Source: Scyliorhinus canicula (Eukaryota). From it: a stretch of 64,000 nt of DNA. The position numbers were made by a program, and so were the translations under genes. Location: positions 24,453,856 to 24,517,855 of the forward strand of contig NC_052160.1 in assembly GCF_902713615.1 (NCBI RefSeq), written 5' to 3'. Positions 47,362 to 60,329 of this stretch are shown in pieces; the stretch's first letter is position 1; every line of letters starts with the position of its first letter. Under the pieces are notes generated by a model that saw nothing but the letters and a program-made list of their open reading frames with translations, did not search any database and was not told where the DNA came from.

Positions 47362-47665
47362 CTAGCTCTTGTTGCAGCCTTTATGAGAGCCTGGCGAGCC
47401 AGCTCATTCCGCCGCACCATGTCTCTCTTTGCCTCCACATTTAGAACTTGAGCATGTTCATAGGCTGGAAACAGCCTCTTCATGAAGAAATAATAAACTT
47501 GATTCAACCAGAATTCCAACGCAGCCTCCGACTTGACTGTAGCCTTTTCTGCTAAAACATTTTCTGACGGCACCTTTTCTGATGGCACCTTTTCTGACAC
47601 CGCCTTTTCTGAGGGGACCTTTTCTGAGGGGACCTTTCCTGAGGGCACTTTTCCTGCCAATTTAT
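47362..47665 (-). CDS. RSPH10B: RSPH10B-like penultimate exon with EKVPS repeat, ...FWLNQVYYFFMKRLFPAYEHAQVL...AATRA(R)
   Basis: U-rich tract + ttaAG acceptor (alternative in-frame cAG 12 nt downstream), AG/GTctgt donor; FFxxLFPAYEH segment resembles RSPH10B C-terminal region. Confidence 0.8.
47535..47654 (-). repeat. 15-bp coding repeat, (E/G)KVPS x about 8
   Basis: GAAAAGGTCCCCTCA-like units inside the RSPH10B exon. Confidence 0.9.
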
Positions 47666-48172
47666 CTTAATAAAAGAAAAAAAGAATAAAATAAAATACT
47701 TTTACAGCCAAGATCCAAAATGTATTTCTTTGATAAAAATGGGTGCCTGGGAGAACACTCTGTTAAAAGTTTCAAATGACAGAATCATGATAGAATATTT
47801 GATCAACAGGCATCGCTTCACCGTTGAGATTTGCTGATTCCTGGTATTGTTGTCATTTATAATATTTACAGTTTTAAACTTGCATGGAATAATGCTCTGA
47901 TTCTGGTTGCTTTTGAGCTGGCAGCAGGTGCGTTATGTGTAATGTTGTTAGCAATCAAGAATTGTAAAGTTGCAAAGTCACTGCCGCAGGTTTATCATGA
48001 AATAAAAGAATAAAAGATTGGTTGATTCAATACAGTGATTTTGCATAATTTGTTGTTGGATTTTCTCCATTCCATTCACCTGCCGAAGGCACTCCAAACT
48101 CATTATTGGAGGTGGGGGAAACATAAAATACTTCCGAAAGACTAGTGAAAGTAGTAGTTCAATAGTCCTCAG

Positions 48173-48315
48173 AACTTAAGAGTATTGCTAAAAAGAGATG
48201 TACTATCAAAGCTTTTTGTCTTGCAGTCATCAGGACAGCATTGCAAGACAAACCAACAGTAAAGGGAACAACAATTTATTCTGCACAAGAAGAGAGTGCT
48301 GTTTGGCTGGCAAAG
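48173..48315 (-). mobile_element. Third copy (one arm) of the hammerhead element; body resumes near 49900-49952
   Basis: TGCTGTC-CTGATGA-CTGCAAGAC-AAAA-AGCT-TT-GATAGTA at 48240-48201. Confidence 0.7.
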
Positions 48316-48903
48316 TCCATCTCCAACAAGAGAGAATCTAACCACCGCCTATAACGTTCAATGGCATTACCATTGCTGGATTGCCCGCTCTCAATATCTT
48401 TGGGGTTATCATTGACTAGAAATTGATCTGGACTAGCCATATAAATATTGTAGCTACAAGAGCAAGTCAGAGGTTAGGAATCCTGCAGCGAGTAACTCAC
48501 TTCCTGACTCCTCAAACTTTATCCACCATCTGCAAGGCACACGTCAGAATTGTGACAAATACTCTTCACTTGCCTGGAGTGCAGCTCCAACAACACTCAT
48601 GAAGCTCAACACCATCCAGAAAAGGCAGCCTGCTTGATTGGCACCCCTTCCACAAACATTCACGACCTCCACCATCGATGCACTGTGGCAGCAGTGTGTA
48701 CCATCTACAAGATGCACTGCAGGAACTCACCAAGTCTTCTTAGCTAGCACCTTCCAAACCCATAATTGCTACCATCTGGAGAGGGAAGCAGACAAGGGAG
48801 CACCACCACCTGCAAGGTCTGCTCCAAGATCCCCTCATCATCCTGATATGGAAATATATCACTGTACCTTCACTGTCACTGGATCAAAATCTGAGAACTC
48901 CCT

Positions 48904-49773
48904 TTTTAAAAAAAAAAGTATTTTATTACAAACATGTATCAAAACAGGTTAAACAAATAAAAACCCCAGGAAACATACTTCCCAGCAATCAACTATACAG
49001 TCTGTACAAACCTTTTCCTCTTTTTCACCCCCCCGCGACGAACAGCTCCTCAAACACAGTCACAAACACCCCCCACCTTTTCTCAAACCCCTCTGCAGAA
49101 CCCCTTAACTCATACTCTATCTTCTCCAACCGCAGGAAGTCGTACAAGTCACCCAACCAAGCCGCTACACTCGGTGGCGATGCTGACCGTCATTCCAGCA
49201 AAATTGGCCGCCGTGCAATCAGCGAGGCAAAGGCCACGAGATCGGCCTTCCTCCTCTCCATGAGCTCCGGCTTCTCTGAAACCCCAAACATAGCAACCAA
49301 AGGGTCCGGGTCCACCTTCTCCTCCACTTCCTGGCTAAGACCGCGAACACTTCTGCCCAGAATCTTCCCAATTTTCCGCAACCCCAAAACACGTGCGCGT
49401 GATTCACTGGCCCCCGCCCACACCTCTCACACTCATCTGCTAACCCCTGGAAGAACCCACTCATTCGTGCCCGAGTCACATGCATCCTGTGCATCACTTT
49501 AAACTGTATCGGACTCATCCTTGCACAGGAGGAGGTCCCGTTTACCCAAAGCAGGGCCATCCAATTGATCTCCCCTCCCAACTCCCCTTCCCATTTCTCC
49601 TTGATCTTCACCACCTGTTCGCCTCCTTGCTCCCCCAGCCACTTGTATATATCCCCAATTCTTCCCTTCCCTTCCACATCCGGAAGCAGCAGTCACTCCA
49701 GCAGGGTGTATCCCAGCAACGTAGAGAACTCTCTCCAGACTTTTCACGCAAAGTCCCTAACTTGCAGATACCT
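48904..49773 (-). mobile_element. L1-clade LINE 3' fragment
   Basis: IQFKVMHRMH, HVFWGC, AFASLIARR remnants; imperfect TSD GAACTC(C/A)CT. Confidence 0.85.
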
Positions 49774-50408
49774 GAACTCACTATATGGAATGCAGCAGTT
49801 CAAGAAGGCAGCTCACCACCATCTTCTGAAGGTCAACCGGGGTGGACAATAACTGCTGACCTAGCCAATGATGCCACATCCCATGAATGAATAAAAGAAA
49901 GTGGATTCTGATTGGTAGAGGTATTACCATGGAGAATGCAGCAGAAAACTGCTTTTTAAAAATGTTTTTATTAAGTTTTTCACATTTTGTACAAAATTAC
50001 CAAACATACAAACAAATAACATTAAAAAATAAAACTCAACTCTTCCCCTTTTATCCACGCATACATGCTGGACATACTGCCCTCCACCGATCCCCCACAG
50101 AAGAGAATCCTCTCCAATAAGGAAGATGGCTGCATCGCCGGAAAAGCCGAAAAAAACCTTTTGACAAAACTCTGCACCTGGAGGTACCTAAACATGTCCG
50201 AGTCCATCAGCCCAATCTTCTCCTTCAGTTCCTCCAGGCTGGCAAATCACCCCTTCAAAAATAGATCACCCGCACTCTCCAGCCCCCTCTCCTTTCATGC
50301 ATAAAATGAGGCATCAAGCCATGCCGGTTCAAATAGGTGGTTAGCACAAATGGGAGCTAGCCTTAAAGATGCTCACCAAATTAAAATGCTGGCAGAGTTG
50401 CCTCCATA

Positions 50409-50751
50409 GGGCAGCATGGCAGCACAGTGGTTAGCACTGCTGCCTCATAGTGCCGGGACCCAGGTTTAATTCCGGCCGTAAGTGACTATCTGTGTGGAGT
50501 TTGCACTTTCTCCCCGTGTCTGCATAGGTTTCCTCCGGCTGCTCCGGTTTCCTCCCACAATCCAAAGATGTGCAGGTTTGGTGGATTGACAGTGCTAAAT
50601 TGCCCTTAAGTGTCCAAAACGAAATGTAGGTTAGATTAAGGGGTTAATGGTACAGGGCGGGGGAGTGAGCTTGGGTGAAGTTATCTTTCAGAGGATCGGT
50701 GTAGACTCAATGGGCCGAATGGCCTCCTTCTGTACGGTAGGGATTCTATGA
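50409..50751 (+). mobile_element. HE1-like SINE with CR1 tail
   Basis: family match. Confidence 0.88.
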
Positions 50752-51116
50752 TATTTTTAATCGGGCTACCGTCACTGGAGTTGTTGAGTACTTCGCCGAC
50801 GCCAATGGAAGTGGAGCCGTTGCCAGTCCCCCCCAAATCTGTGCCCCTACATGCCTCCAACTCCATCTGAACACAGAGTGCCCCCAGGTCCCTGCACCAC
50901 CCTAACACCTTCTCAGCATTAGCTGGCGAATAATAATACAGCAAATTTGGCAACGCCAAGCCTGCCTGTCTCTCCCTCTAAAGCACCCCCCTTCCGATTT
51001 TCAGGGCCTTACCCACCCAAATAAAACCTGAAATAAGCCACTGAAATTACTGAAATTAAAATAGAAATCTCGGCAAGATGTTGATCTTAACCGATTGGAT
51101 CCAGCCCGCCAATGAT

Positions 51117-52798
51117 TTTTTTTCTTAAATATTTTTATTCTCCTTTTTCACATTTTCTCCCAAATTTAAACCCAACAATCAACAATAATCAGTAACTAAT
51201 GTAAGGTCAATCCCCATATCAATAACAACAATCCCAACCTCCCACCAAACCCCCAACCATTAGCCCGCATGTTAACATAAACAAATATCAAAAAGGAATC
51301 AGGAATCACCGATAGTCACCACTAACACATACAGTCCCCCAACTCTCCCAACACCCTTCCTTAATGTTCGATGTAATCCAATTCTTGAAAGTGCATAATG
51401 AATTACGCTTGTGAATTGTAGAACCCCTCCATCCTTCCCCTCAGTTCAAATTTGACCTTCTCAAAAGTCAAGAATTCCAGCAGATCCCCCCACCACACCA
51501 GGGCACAGGGTGGTGAGGTTGATCTCCATCCCAACAGGATCCGCCTTTGGACGATCAACAAGGCAAAGGCTACAACATCTGCCTCCGCACCCGTTTCCAA
51601 TCCTGGCTGGTCCGACACCCCGAATATGGTCTCCTGAGGGCCCGGGTCCAGTTTCACATGCACCACTTTAGAGATTACCCTAAACACCTCTTTCCAGTAA
51701 TCCTCCAGCTTTGGACAAGACCAAAACATATGAACGTAGTTTGCGCCCCCCCCCCTCGCAACGCTCACACACATCTTCTACCCCCTCAAAGAGCCGGCTC
51801 ATCCTCGCCCTTGTGAGGTGTGCTCTATATATCACCTTCAGCTGTATCAGCCCCAACCTCGCACACGAGGTGGAGGCATTCACTCTCTGGAGCACCTCAC
51901 ACCAAAACCCCTCCTCCATACCCTCTCCCAACTCTTCTTCCCACTTTACCTTGATCCCTCCCAGCGGTGCCTTCTCCTCTTCCAAAATAGCACCGTAAAC
52001 CGCCGATGCTACCCCCTTCTCCAGTCCCACTGTCGCCAGCACATCCTCCAATAATGTGCAAGCTCTGTATCTCCTTTCTGGCAAAGTCTCGAACTTGCAC
52101 GTATCTAAATATTTCCCCCTGCTCCAGCCCATACTTTGCTCCCAGCTCCTTCAATCCTGCAAACCAACCCCCAAGAAACAAATCTTTTAGTGTCCTAATT
52201 CCTTTCTCCTCCCATCTCCGAAAATCTCCATCCCACTTCCCTGGCTCAAATCAATGGTTCCCCCTAATCGGCATTTGCGTTGATCCTGCCCCCAACCCGA
52301 AGTGCTGGCGAAACTGCCTCAAATTCTCAACTAAGCTATTACTACCGGTCTCTCTGAGTATCTCCCCAGGGCCATCGGGATCGGCGCTGTTGCTCGTGCC
52401 TTCAATCCCGACCCCCTACACAAACTCTCCTCCATTCTGACCCACTGGGTGTCAACCCCTCTGACCCAGCTCCATATCTTCGACACATTTGCCGCCCAGT
52501 AATAATACATCAGGTTCAGAACACCCAAACCCCCTGCCTGCCTTCCTCTCTGTAGTAGCACCTTTCTAATTCTGGCCACCTTCCCTCCCCATTAGAATGA
52601 GGTAATCATCCCTTCAATTTCTCTAAAAAATGCCTTTGGTAGGAAAATCGGCAGGCATTGGAAAATAAATAGAAATCGTGGTTGTACGTTCATTTTAACA
52701 GCCTTTAACATTCCTACCAGTGACAGAGGGAGACCATCACGCTCCCCAGTAAACTAGAAATGTACCTACGGAGCCCCCCCCAATCCCGAGCAACCTGG
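51117..52798 (-). mobile_element. L1 of the same subfamily as 34475-36696, nested in another L1
   Basis: homologous ORF2 and 3' UTR sequence; 15-bp TSD CAGCCCGCCAATGAT at 51102 and 52799. Confidence 0.9.
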
Positions 52799-53166
52799 CA
52801 GCCCGCCAATGATAGTGGGAGACTAGCCCACCTCTGCAAGTCCGCCTTAACTTTACCTGCCAGGCTAATGTAGTTCAACCTCTGAAATTGACCCCAATTC
52901 CCCACCACCTGGACTCCGAGGTATCGTAAACTAGTCCCCACCAACCAGTGGCGTGCAGAGGTCTGGTGATGCCCGGGGCAAATCTTGATTGTATGCCCCA
53001 AAGACTCAAGTATAAGGCCTAATATACTGAGAAATAGTATGAGAAAGGAAAACATTTTGAATATAACTTCCCGTACCAGCCTCCTGAACAGGCGCCGGAA
53101 TGTGGCGACTAGGGGCTTTTCACAGTAACTTCAGTGAAGCCTACTTGTGACAATAAGTGATTTTCA

Positions 53167-53540
<374 letters not shown>

Positions 53541-53689
53541 AACTGAGGGAGTGCTGCACTGTCAGAACAGCCTTCTTTCAAATAAGGTGTTAAACTGAGG
53601 CTCTGTCTGTCCCTATTAGGTGGATGTTGAAGATCCCACAGCCACTATTTTGAAGAAGAGCAGGGGAGTTACCCCCGTGTCCTGGTCAA

Positions 53690-53906
53690 TACTAGGGGCT
53701 TTTCACAGTAACTTCATTTGAAGCCTACTTATGAAATGAAAATCGCTTATTGTCACATTCCGCATTCGCCACATTCCAGCGCTTGTTTGGGGAGGCTGTT
53801 ACAGGAATTGAATCGTGCTGCTGGCTTGCCTTGGTCTGCTTTCAAAGCCAGCAATGTAGCCCTGTGCTAAACAGCCCCTGACAATAAGCGATTTTCATTT
53901 CATTTC
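53690..53906. mobile_element. Short Rex-tailed SINE inserted in reverse into the tail of another copy
   Basis: ...gaagcctactt [inverted copy] tgacaataagcgattttcatttc. Confidence 0.75.
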
Positions 53907-54090
53907 ATGTGTCAAAACTGAGGGAGCAAAGGATGTCAATATTTTTAAGAGAGAGACCTGGGCCAAGCTTTCCAGAGTCTGAACCCTCCCTGGATTCACT
54001 TCCTTTCCCTTCAGTTGCTGCAAGTGACCAATTGATGGTCAGAATGAAAAAAGAAATGGAAAGGGGGAGAAAAGAAAGTGTTTTACTCAC

Positions 54091-54360
54091 AGATGTTGGA
54101 GACAGGAGGAAGATTTCGTCGGTGTGAAAGCTCAATTATCACTCACACAAAGCCCGCGCTCTGATTGGCTGGCGAACCACAGTCCCTCCGGTCCTCAATC
54201 TTTTTTCATTGGTCAACATCTCAGCACGCAGATCAGGGGGCGGGGCCTTTCCCTGCATGTGAGGAGCTCCCCCTCCCTTGGACATGCGCAGTCCCAAGCC
54301 GCCCGCCCGCGGGGCGGATAGAGCGGTTTCCCCACCGCGGGGGAGTCTGGGAGCGCAGTC
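54091..54360 (-). promoter_or_regulatory. CpG-rich promoter-like block with short first exon candidate
   Basis: CCAAT boxes (54164-54168, 54208-54212), GC box 54236-54246, NRF1-like TGCGCATG 54283-54290, further GC boxes; minus-strand donor ct/GTGAGT at 54090. Confidence 0.6.
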
Positions 54361-55580
54361 ACCTCACCCTGACACAAGGTACATGTCGGTAGTCACTGGA
54401 TTTGATTGTGACGCCCCCCCCCCCCCCCCCCCCCCTTAGCAAAACAATTTGTTAAATTCAGGTGGAAAAATTTAGGCATCTGGGTGACATTGGGGAGAGC
54501 AATAGCCTCTGATTGCATGCCCCTATCCAATGGATGCCTGGGGCCAACGCACCGTCGGCCCCCCCCTCTGCACGCCACTGCCGCCAACTGAAATGGCAAC
54601 CCCCTAATCTGGCTCCCACCCTGATGCCTACTACCTTTCTTTTTTTTTCTTTTTCTCTTTTTTCTTTTAAAAAATAAATTTAGAGTACCCAATTCATTTT
54701 TACCAATTAAGGGGCAATTTAGTGTGGCCAATCCACCTACTCTGCACATCTTTTGGGTTGTGGGGGCAAACCCATGCAGACACAGGGAGAATGTGCAAAC
54801 TCCACACGGACAGTGACTCAGAGCCGGGGTTCAGGCTTCCCGTCTTTAAGGGGGTGAAGCTTGGGATATTGTACCTGGCTCGCATCTGGGTGACCTTCCA
54901 CAACCGAGAACATTATCTTGGAATGCCAGAGGAGGCAATGGAATTTTTGAGGGACAATGGACTGGCAGGAGATGGACACTGAACGATGGAGGAGATGCCA
55001 GGAGATGTTTGTTTTTCTTGTCTTCGCTTTTGATAGTTGTTGGAGAACTTTTCTCCTTTGAGTTATTTTGTTGTGTTTGGTGGTGGGCTGCCTGGGGACC
55101 GTCAATGGTGAATGCACTTTTTTCTGTTTCTTTGTTGTTTGTTCATGGGGGAATGCGAGTGGGGGTGGAGGGGAATCAATAGGAAGCTGACAGCCTAGCT
55201 GGGTGGGCTAGCTAATGGGAACACAGTGGGGAATGGTCAGATGGTTGGTGCAGGGAATGTGGATGGAGTTGTTATTTTATTTGGGGGAGGGAGTAGGGGG
55301 GGCTGCTGACAAAGGTATGGTTGCAAGAAAGGAAGTGATGGCGGTGAGCATCTGAGGGCTCGCCTGGAGGATCACGTGACATGGGCCGGGGGTTGGCCTA
55401 AAAAGGGATATGGTTGATCGGCAGGGGAGGAGGCCGGGTGCCCCCAACCAGGCTGGTCACGTGGAACATGAGTCGGCTTAATGGGCCGGTCAAATGGCCG
55501 TGTGTGTTCGCACACCTGAGGAGCTTGAAGGCAGAAATGGCTTTTTTTACAAGAGACGCATTTAAAGATAGGGGATCAAA

Positions 55581-55808
55581 GGGCAGCATGGTGGCACAGT
55601 GAGTTAGCCCTGCAGCCTCACGGCACCGAGGTCACAGGTTCAATCCCGGCTCTGGGTCACTGTCCATGTGGAGTTTGCACATTCTCCCCGTGTTTGTGTG
55701 GGTTTCACCCCCACAACCCAAAGATGTGCCGGCTAGGTGGATTGGCCACGCCAAATTGCCCCTTATTTGGAAAAAATGAATTGGGTACTTTAAATTTATT
55801 TTAAAAAA
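55581..55808 (+). mobile_element. Short V-SINE inside L1 endonuclease region
   Basis: TSD AAAGATAGGGGATCA. Confidence 0.88.
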
Positions 55809-57157
55809 AGATAGGGGATCAGACAACGGCTGAGGAAAAATTTAGTATGACATGTCTTCATTCAGGATTGGACATGAAACATAGAAAAAAAACGACGAGG
55901 GGAGTGGCGACGTTGGTAAACAAGCGAGTGGCGATCGAGGTGGAGGTTTGTGGCGGTGAGTGGGAAGTTGGTTTTGGGATGCCGGTGGTTTTGGTAAATG
56001 TTTATGCCCCAAACTGGGATGACATGGAGTACATTAGGCGGATGTTGGGGAAGATCCCGTATCTGCACTCGCATCAGTTGATTATGGAAGGGGATTTTAA
56101 AACGGTGATTGAGCCAGGCTTGCACCGGTCGAGTCTGAGGGCAGGGACGGTGTCGGCAGGGACGGTGTCGGCAGTGGCGAAGGAGATAAAAGGGTTTATG
56201 GAACACATGGGGGGGGGGGGGGGGGGGTAGACCCTGGAGGTTTGGTAAGCTAAGACAGAAGGAGTTTTCGTTCCTTACCCATGTGCACTGGGTGTACTTC
56301 CAGATTGATTTCTTTGTGATGGACAAGACGTTGTTGGCGGGGGTGGTTGAATTGGGGTACTCGGCGGTCATGGCTTCAGACCATGCGACGCATTGGGTGG
56401 ACTTGTGACCGGAAAGGGGGGGGGGGGGGGGTGCACCACCCGCAGTGGAGGCTGTATGTGGGGGTTATTAGTATATGAGGAGGTGTGTGAGCGGGTGAGG
56501 GCTGCCATCCGGGAGTATGTGGAACTTAACGATATGGGGGAGGTTATGGCCGCCATGCTCTGGGAGGCGCTCAATGCAGTGGTTAGGGGGGAGTTCATTT
56601 CGATCTGGGTGCACAGGGAAAAGAAGGAACAAGCAGAGATGGCAAGACTGGTGGACGTGATTTTGAGGGTGAACAGGAGGTTCTCGGAGGCCCAGGATTG
56701 TTGAAGGAGAGGCAGAGACTACCAATGGAGTTTGGGCTGGTGTCCACATGGAAAGCAGTAGGGCAGTTGTAGAGGGCCAGAATGGCAGGGTACGAGTATG
56801 GGGAGTAGGATGCTGGCCCACCAACTTAGGAAACAGGAGGCGGTGAGGGAGATTGAAAGAGCGAAGGACGGGGTGGGAAGGGTGGTACTGGACCCGGTGG
56901 GGGTGAATGGGATATTTGACGAGTTTCATAGGAAGCCATATGAATTGGAGCCCCCTGCCCCAGGGGGAAAGGGAGGAGGAATGGACAGTTTTTGGACAGT
57001 TGGAGTTTCCCAAGGTGGAGGAGGACCCGGTGGAGGGGCTGGAAGCCCCATTTGGTTGGTGGGGAAGTGATGGAGAGTATGGGGGCGATGCAGGCAGGGA
57101 AGGCCCCGGGTCCGGAAGGCTTCCTGGTGGATTTTTATATTTATTTTTATAAGAAGT

Positions 57158-57501
57158 GCAGCACGGTAGCATTGTGGATAGCATAATTGCTTCACAGCTC
57201 CAGGGTCCCAGGTTCGATTCCGGCTTGGGTCACTGTCTGTGCGGAGTCTGCACATCCTCCCCGTGTGTGCGTGGGTTTCCTCCGGGTGCTCCGGTTTCCT
57301 CCCACAGTCCAAAGATGTGCAGGTTAGGTAGATTGGCCATGATAAATTGCCCTTAGTGTCCAAAATTGCACTTAGTGTTGGGTGGGTTTACTGGGTTATG
57401 GGGATAGGGTGGAGGTGTTGACCTTGGGTAGGGTGCTCTTTCCAAGAGCCAGTGCAGACTTGATGGGCCGAATGGCCTCCTTCTGCACTGTAAATTCTAT
57501 G
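57158..57501 (+). mobile_element. HE1-like SINE with CR1 tail inside L1
   Basis: family match. Confidence 0.88.
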
Positions 57502-57585
57502 ATAAGTGTGGTGGGGACCTGGGGCCTCTGCTGGTGAGGACGTATAATGAGGCTAGGGAAAGAGGGGGGGAGCTCTCCCACACAT

Positions 57586-58832
57586 CCGCGCTTTTGCCCT
57601 GCCCAACCCCGCCTCCTCTAGGGCAACTCCCATTGCCGGTCCCCACCACCAGCTCCCTGCACTCCAAGTTTACCTCCCTGCCCGAACCCGTCCACCAGAC
57701 CCATACAAAAAGACATAAAGACATCGCCCCACCCACCCTAAAGCCAACACACATCCTGCATGAAACAGAGAACCCCCCCTCCAAAGAAAAAATTAGACAC
57801 AGTTGCATTTACATACAAAACCCCCATCCCTGACCCTCAGTTTGAGTCCAATTTCTCGGCCTGCACAAAGGCCCACGCCTCCTCCGGGGACTCAAAATAA
57901 TGGTGACGGTCCTTGTAGGTGACCCACAGACGCGCCGGCTGCAACATGCCAAACTTCACACTCTGTCTGTGGAGCACCGCCTTCGTCCGGTTGTACCCGG
58001 CCCTCCGCTTAGCCACCTCCGCACTTCAGTCCTGGAAGATCCGCACCACCGTGTTCTCCCACTTGCTGCTCCGCTCCTTCTTGGCCCACTGAAGCACGTA
58101 CTCCCGGTCAACGAACCGGTGGAACCGCACCAGCACCGCCCGCGGCGGCTCATTCTGCTTGGGCCTCCTGGCCAGTATTCTGTGGGCCCCCTCCAGCTCC
58201 AGGGGCCCCTGGAAGGACTCAGCTCCCATCAGCGAGTTCAGCAAAACGACCACATAGGCCGCCAGGTCCGACCCCTCCAGCCCCTCCATGAGGCCCAGGA
58301 TCCATAAATGTTTCCGCCTCGACCGGTTGTCCAGCTCCTCAAACCGCTCCTGCCACTTTTTATGGAGCGCCTCGTGCATCTCCACCTTCCCCGCGAGGGC
58401 CGCGGCCTCATCCTCCCTTTCGGAGGCCTGCTGCTGCAGCTCCCGGATTGCAGCCCCCTGGGCTGTCTGAGTCTCCAGCAGCTTACCGGTGGTAGCCTTC
58501 AGCGACTCCAGCAACTCCACCTTAAGCTCCTGGAAGCAGAGCCGAAGAGTCTCCTGCTGCTCCTGCGCCCACTGCCTCCACTCCTCGAGGGCTCTGCCGG
58601 CCGCCATTTTGTTTCCCTTCCCCCGCTTTTCCAGGGGCGCTGCCACCGCTTTTCTGCTCACCCCACTCCTGGTCCGGACCATAGAACCATGGGGATCTAC
58701 TGCACACCCCTTCCCACGTCGGGAATCGTCGAAAATGCTCCGTTGGGGGCCCTGAAAAGAGCCCCAAAGTCCGTTTCTAGCGGGAGCTGCCGAACGTGCG
58801 GCTTAGCTCCGCATAGCCGCAACCGGAAGTGA
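57586..58832 (-). mobile_element. L1 5' end with 5' UTR and nearly intact ORF1 (58682-57837, one premature TGA at 58026-58028); 3' part missing
   Basis: coiled coil + LDNRSRRKHLWILGLMEG, AHR, PRAVLVRF, IFQD, PARLWVTY motifs of L1 ORF1p; starts CACTTCCGG. Confidence 0.9.
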
Positions 58833-59649
58833 CCACTAACCTCTTATGAGGGACCTTATCAAAAGCCTTCCAGAAGTCAAAATACACCACATCACTTATC
58901 TATTCTATTTTCTTAAACCCATGCTGACTTTGTCCAATCCTGTTAATACATTCCAAATGTTCTGTATTCACATCCCTAATAGGCTGTAGCATATTGCCCA
59001 CTACTGATGTCTGTTCTGTAATTACTGCTCTGTAATTCTCCTGCTCCCTTCTCTTGTGCCACAGAGTTCAATAAGGAATGCTGATGGCCTCAGTCACAAC
59101 TGCACAAAGCTGATTGTTACACACTACCTTTAAACAAATGTGAACTGGGTGCTATAAGATTCTTGTGCGCTGCTCACTTTATCTTGAAGATTGGATGTAA
59201 TTAAAAAAGCTTTGTACTATTCCTTATTCAAAGAATGAAAATGTATTACAAGTGGGAATCCATCACAGGACAGTATGATGCCCAACATGCCACAAACACA
59301 CCACTGACTTAATCCGTGCATCTTGACCTGTTGTCAGGAAATCAACATTTTGGCTCCCACCTAATTCAGTTACCATGTATGTCATGATTCCTGCTCTTGC
59401 AGACTCCATAAATTCCCACCCCTTCCCTTGTATAGTCCTATAAGTATTCCTCATAACATTTGTGTCTATGTTTCTCACAGCTTTATCTTCTCACAGTGCA
59501 CAGAGGCTTATTGAACAGGAGCTTTTGCCCCTTTGGCTTGGAATAGATACTTCAATTGCCAAAATTCTATCCCATTGGGGAATTTCTCTACTTTGAAAAG
59601 GTGTGTGTAACAAATAAAAAGAAAATAAAGTCAGTTACACTGAGTTCAC

Positions 59650-59781
59650 CTATTTCATTCAGCGGGGCTTCAGACTGCACTTTACTATTATCCCTGGTAT
59701 TTCCAGATGGTATAATTTTATGGCTTTGTTCCTCGTCTTTCAGAGTTGTCTTTGTAGAGGTTGTACCAGCTTTACCATGAT
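59650..59781 (-). CDS. RSPH10B: Candidate upstream RSPH10B exon, (D)HGKAGTTSTKTTLKDEEQSHKII...EAPLNEI
   Basis: cgcAG / GTgaac, 132 nt, phase 1-1 fits the next exon; open frame in non-repeat DNA; no recognisable conserved motif. Confidence 0.5.
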
Positions 59782-60329
59782 CTGCGTAATCAATAACAGA
59801 CAATTGTAAGCGCCTATAAAATTACTGGTGCAATGCCTACAAATCCACCAATATCATGAAAACATACAAGTATACAAAATAGTACGGAGGGACGCAGTAG
59901 CGTAGTGCTTTTATCGTAAGACTATAATCCAGAGAATCAGAGTAAAGCTCTGGGGAACCGGGTTAGAACTTGAATTCACCAAAAATCTGGAATTAGATCA
60001 TCATCTAATGATGCCGATGAAACCATTGTCAATTGTTGCTGTTCTTTATGTTCACTAATGTCCTTTAGATAAATAAACCTACCTGTTCTGGCCTACATGT
60101 GATTGCATACCCACAGCAATGTGATTCACTCTTAAATGCCCTCTGAAATGGTTGAGCAAACCACTCAGTTGTATGAAGCTTACAAAAAGGAATGAAACCA
60201 CCCAGCATCGACCTAGGCACCAGAAATTACAAAAGGCAAACCCAAACCCTGTCTGTCGACCCCACAAAGTCCTCATTACTAGCGCCCGGGTGCTCGTGTA
60301 CCACAGGCTAGACAAGTAACAGCCTGACG

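Larger units (their letters stand above)
49953..52945 (-). mobile_element. Older L1 fragment split by a SINE and by a younger L1
   Basis: ALPNLLYYY, FRYLQVQSFV, WASLPLSLAG remnants on both sides of the nested insertion. Confidence 0.75.
54833..57585 (+). mobile_element. Degenerate L1: end of ORF1, spacer, ORF2 endonuclease to start of RT
   Basis: ARIWVTF..MPEEA, LVTWN..LNGPVK, LVNVYAPNWDD, SDH, KAPGPEGF motifs; two SINE insertions. Confidence 0.85.
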
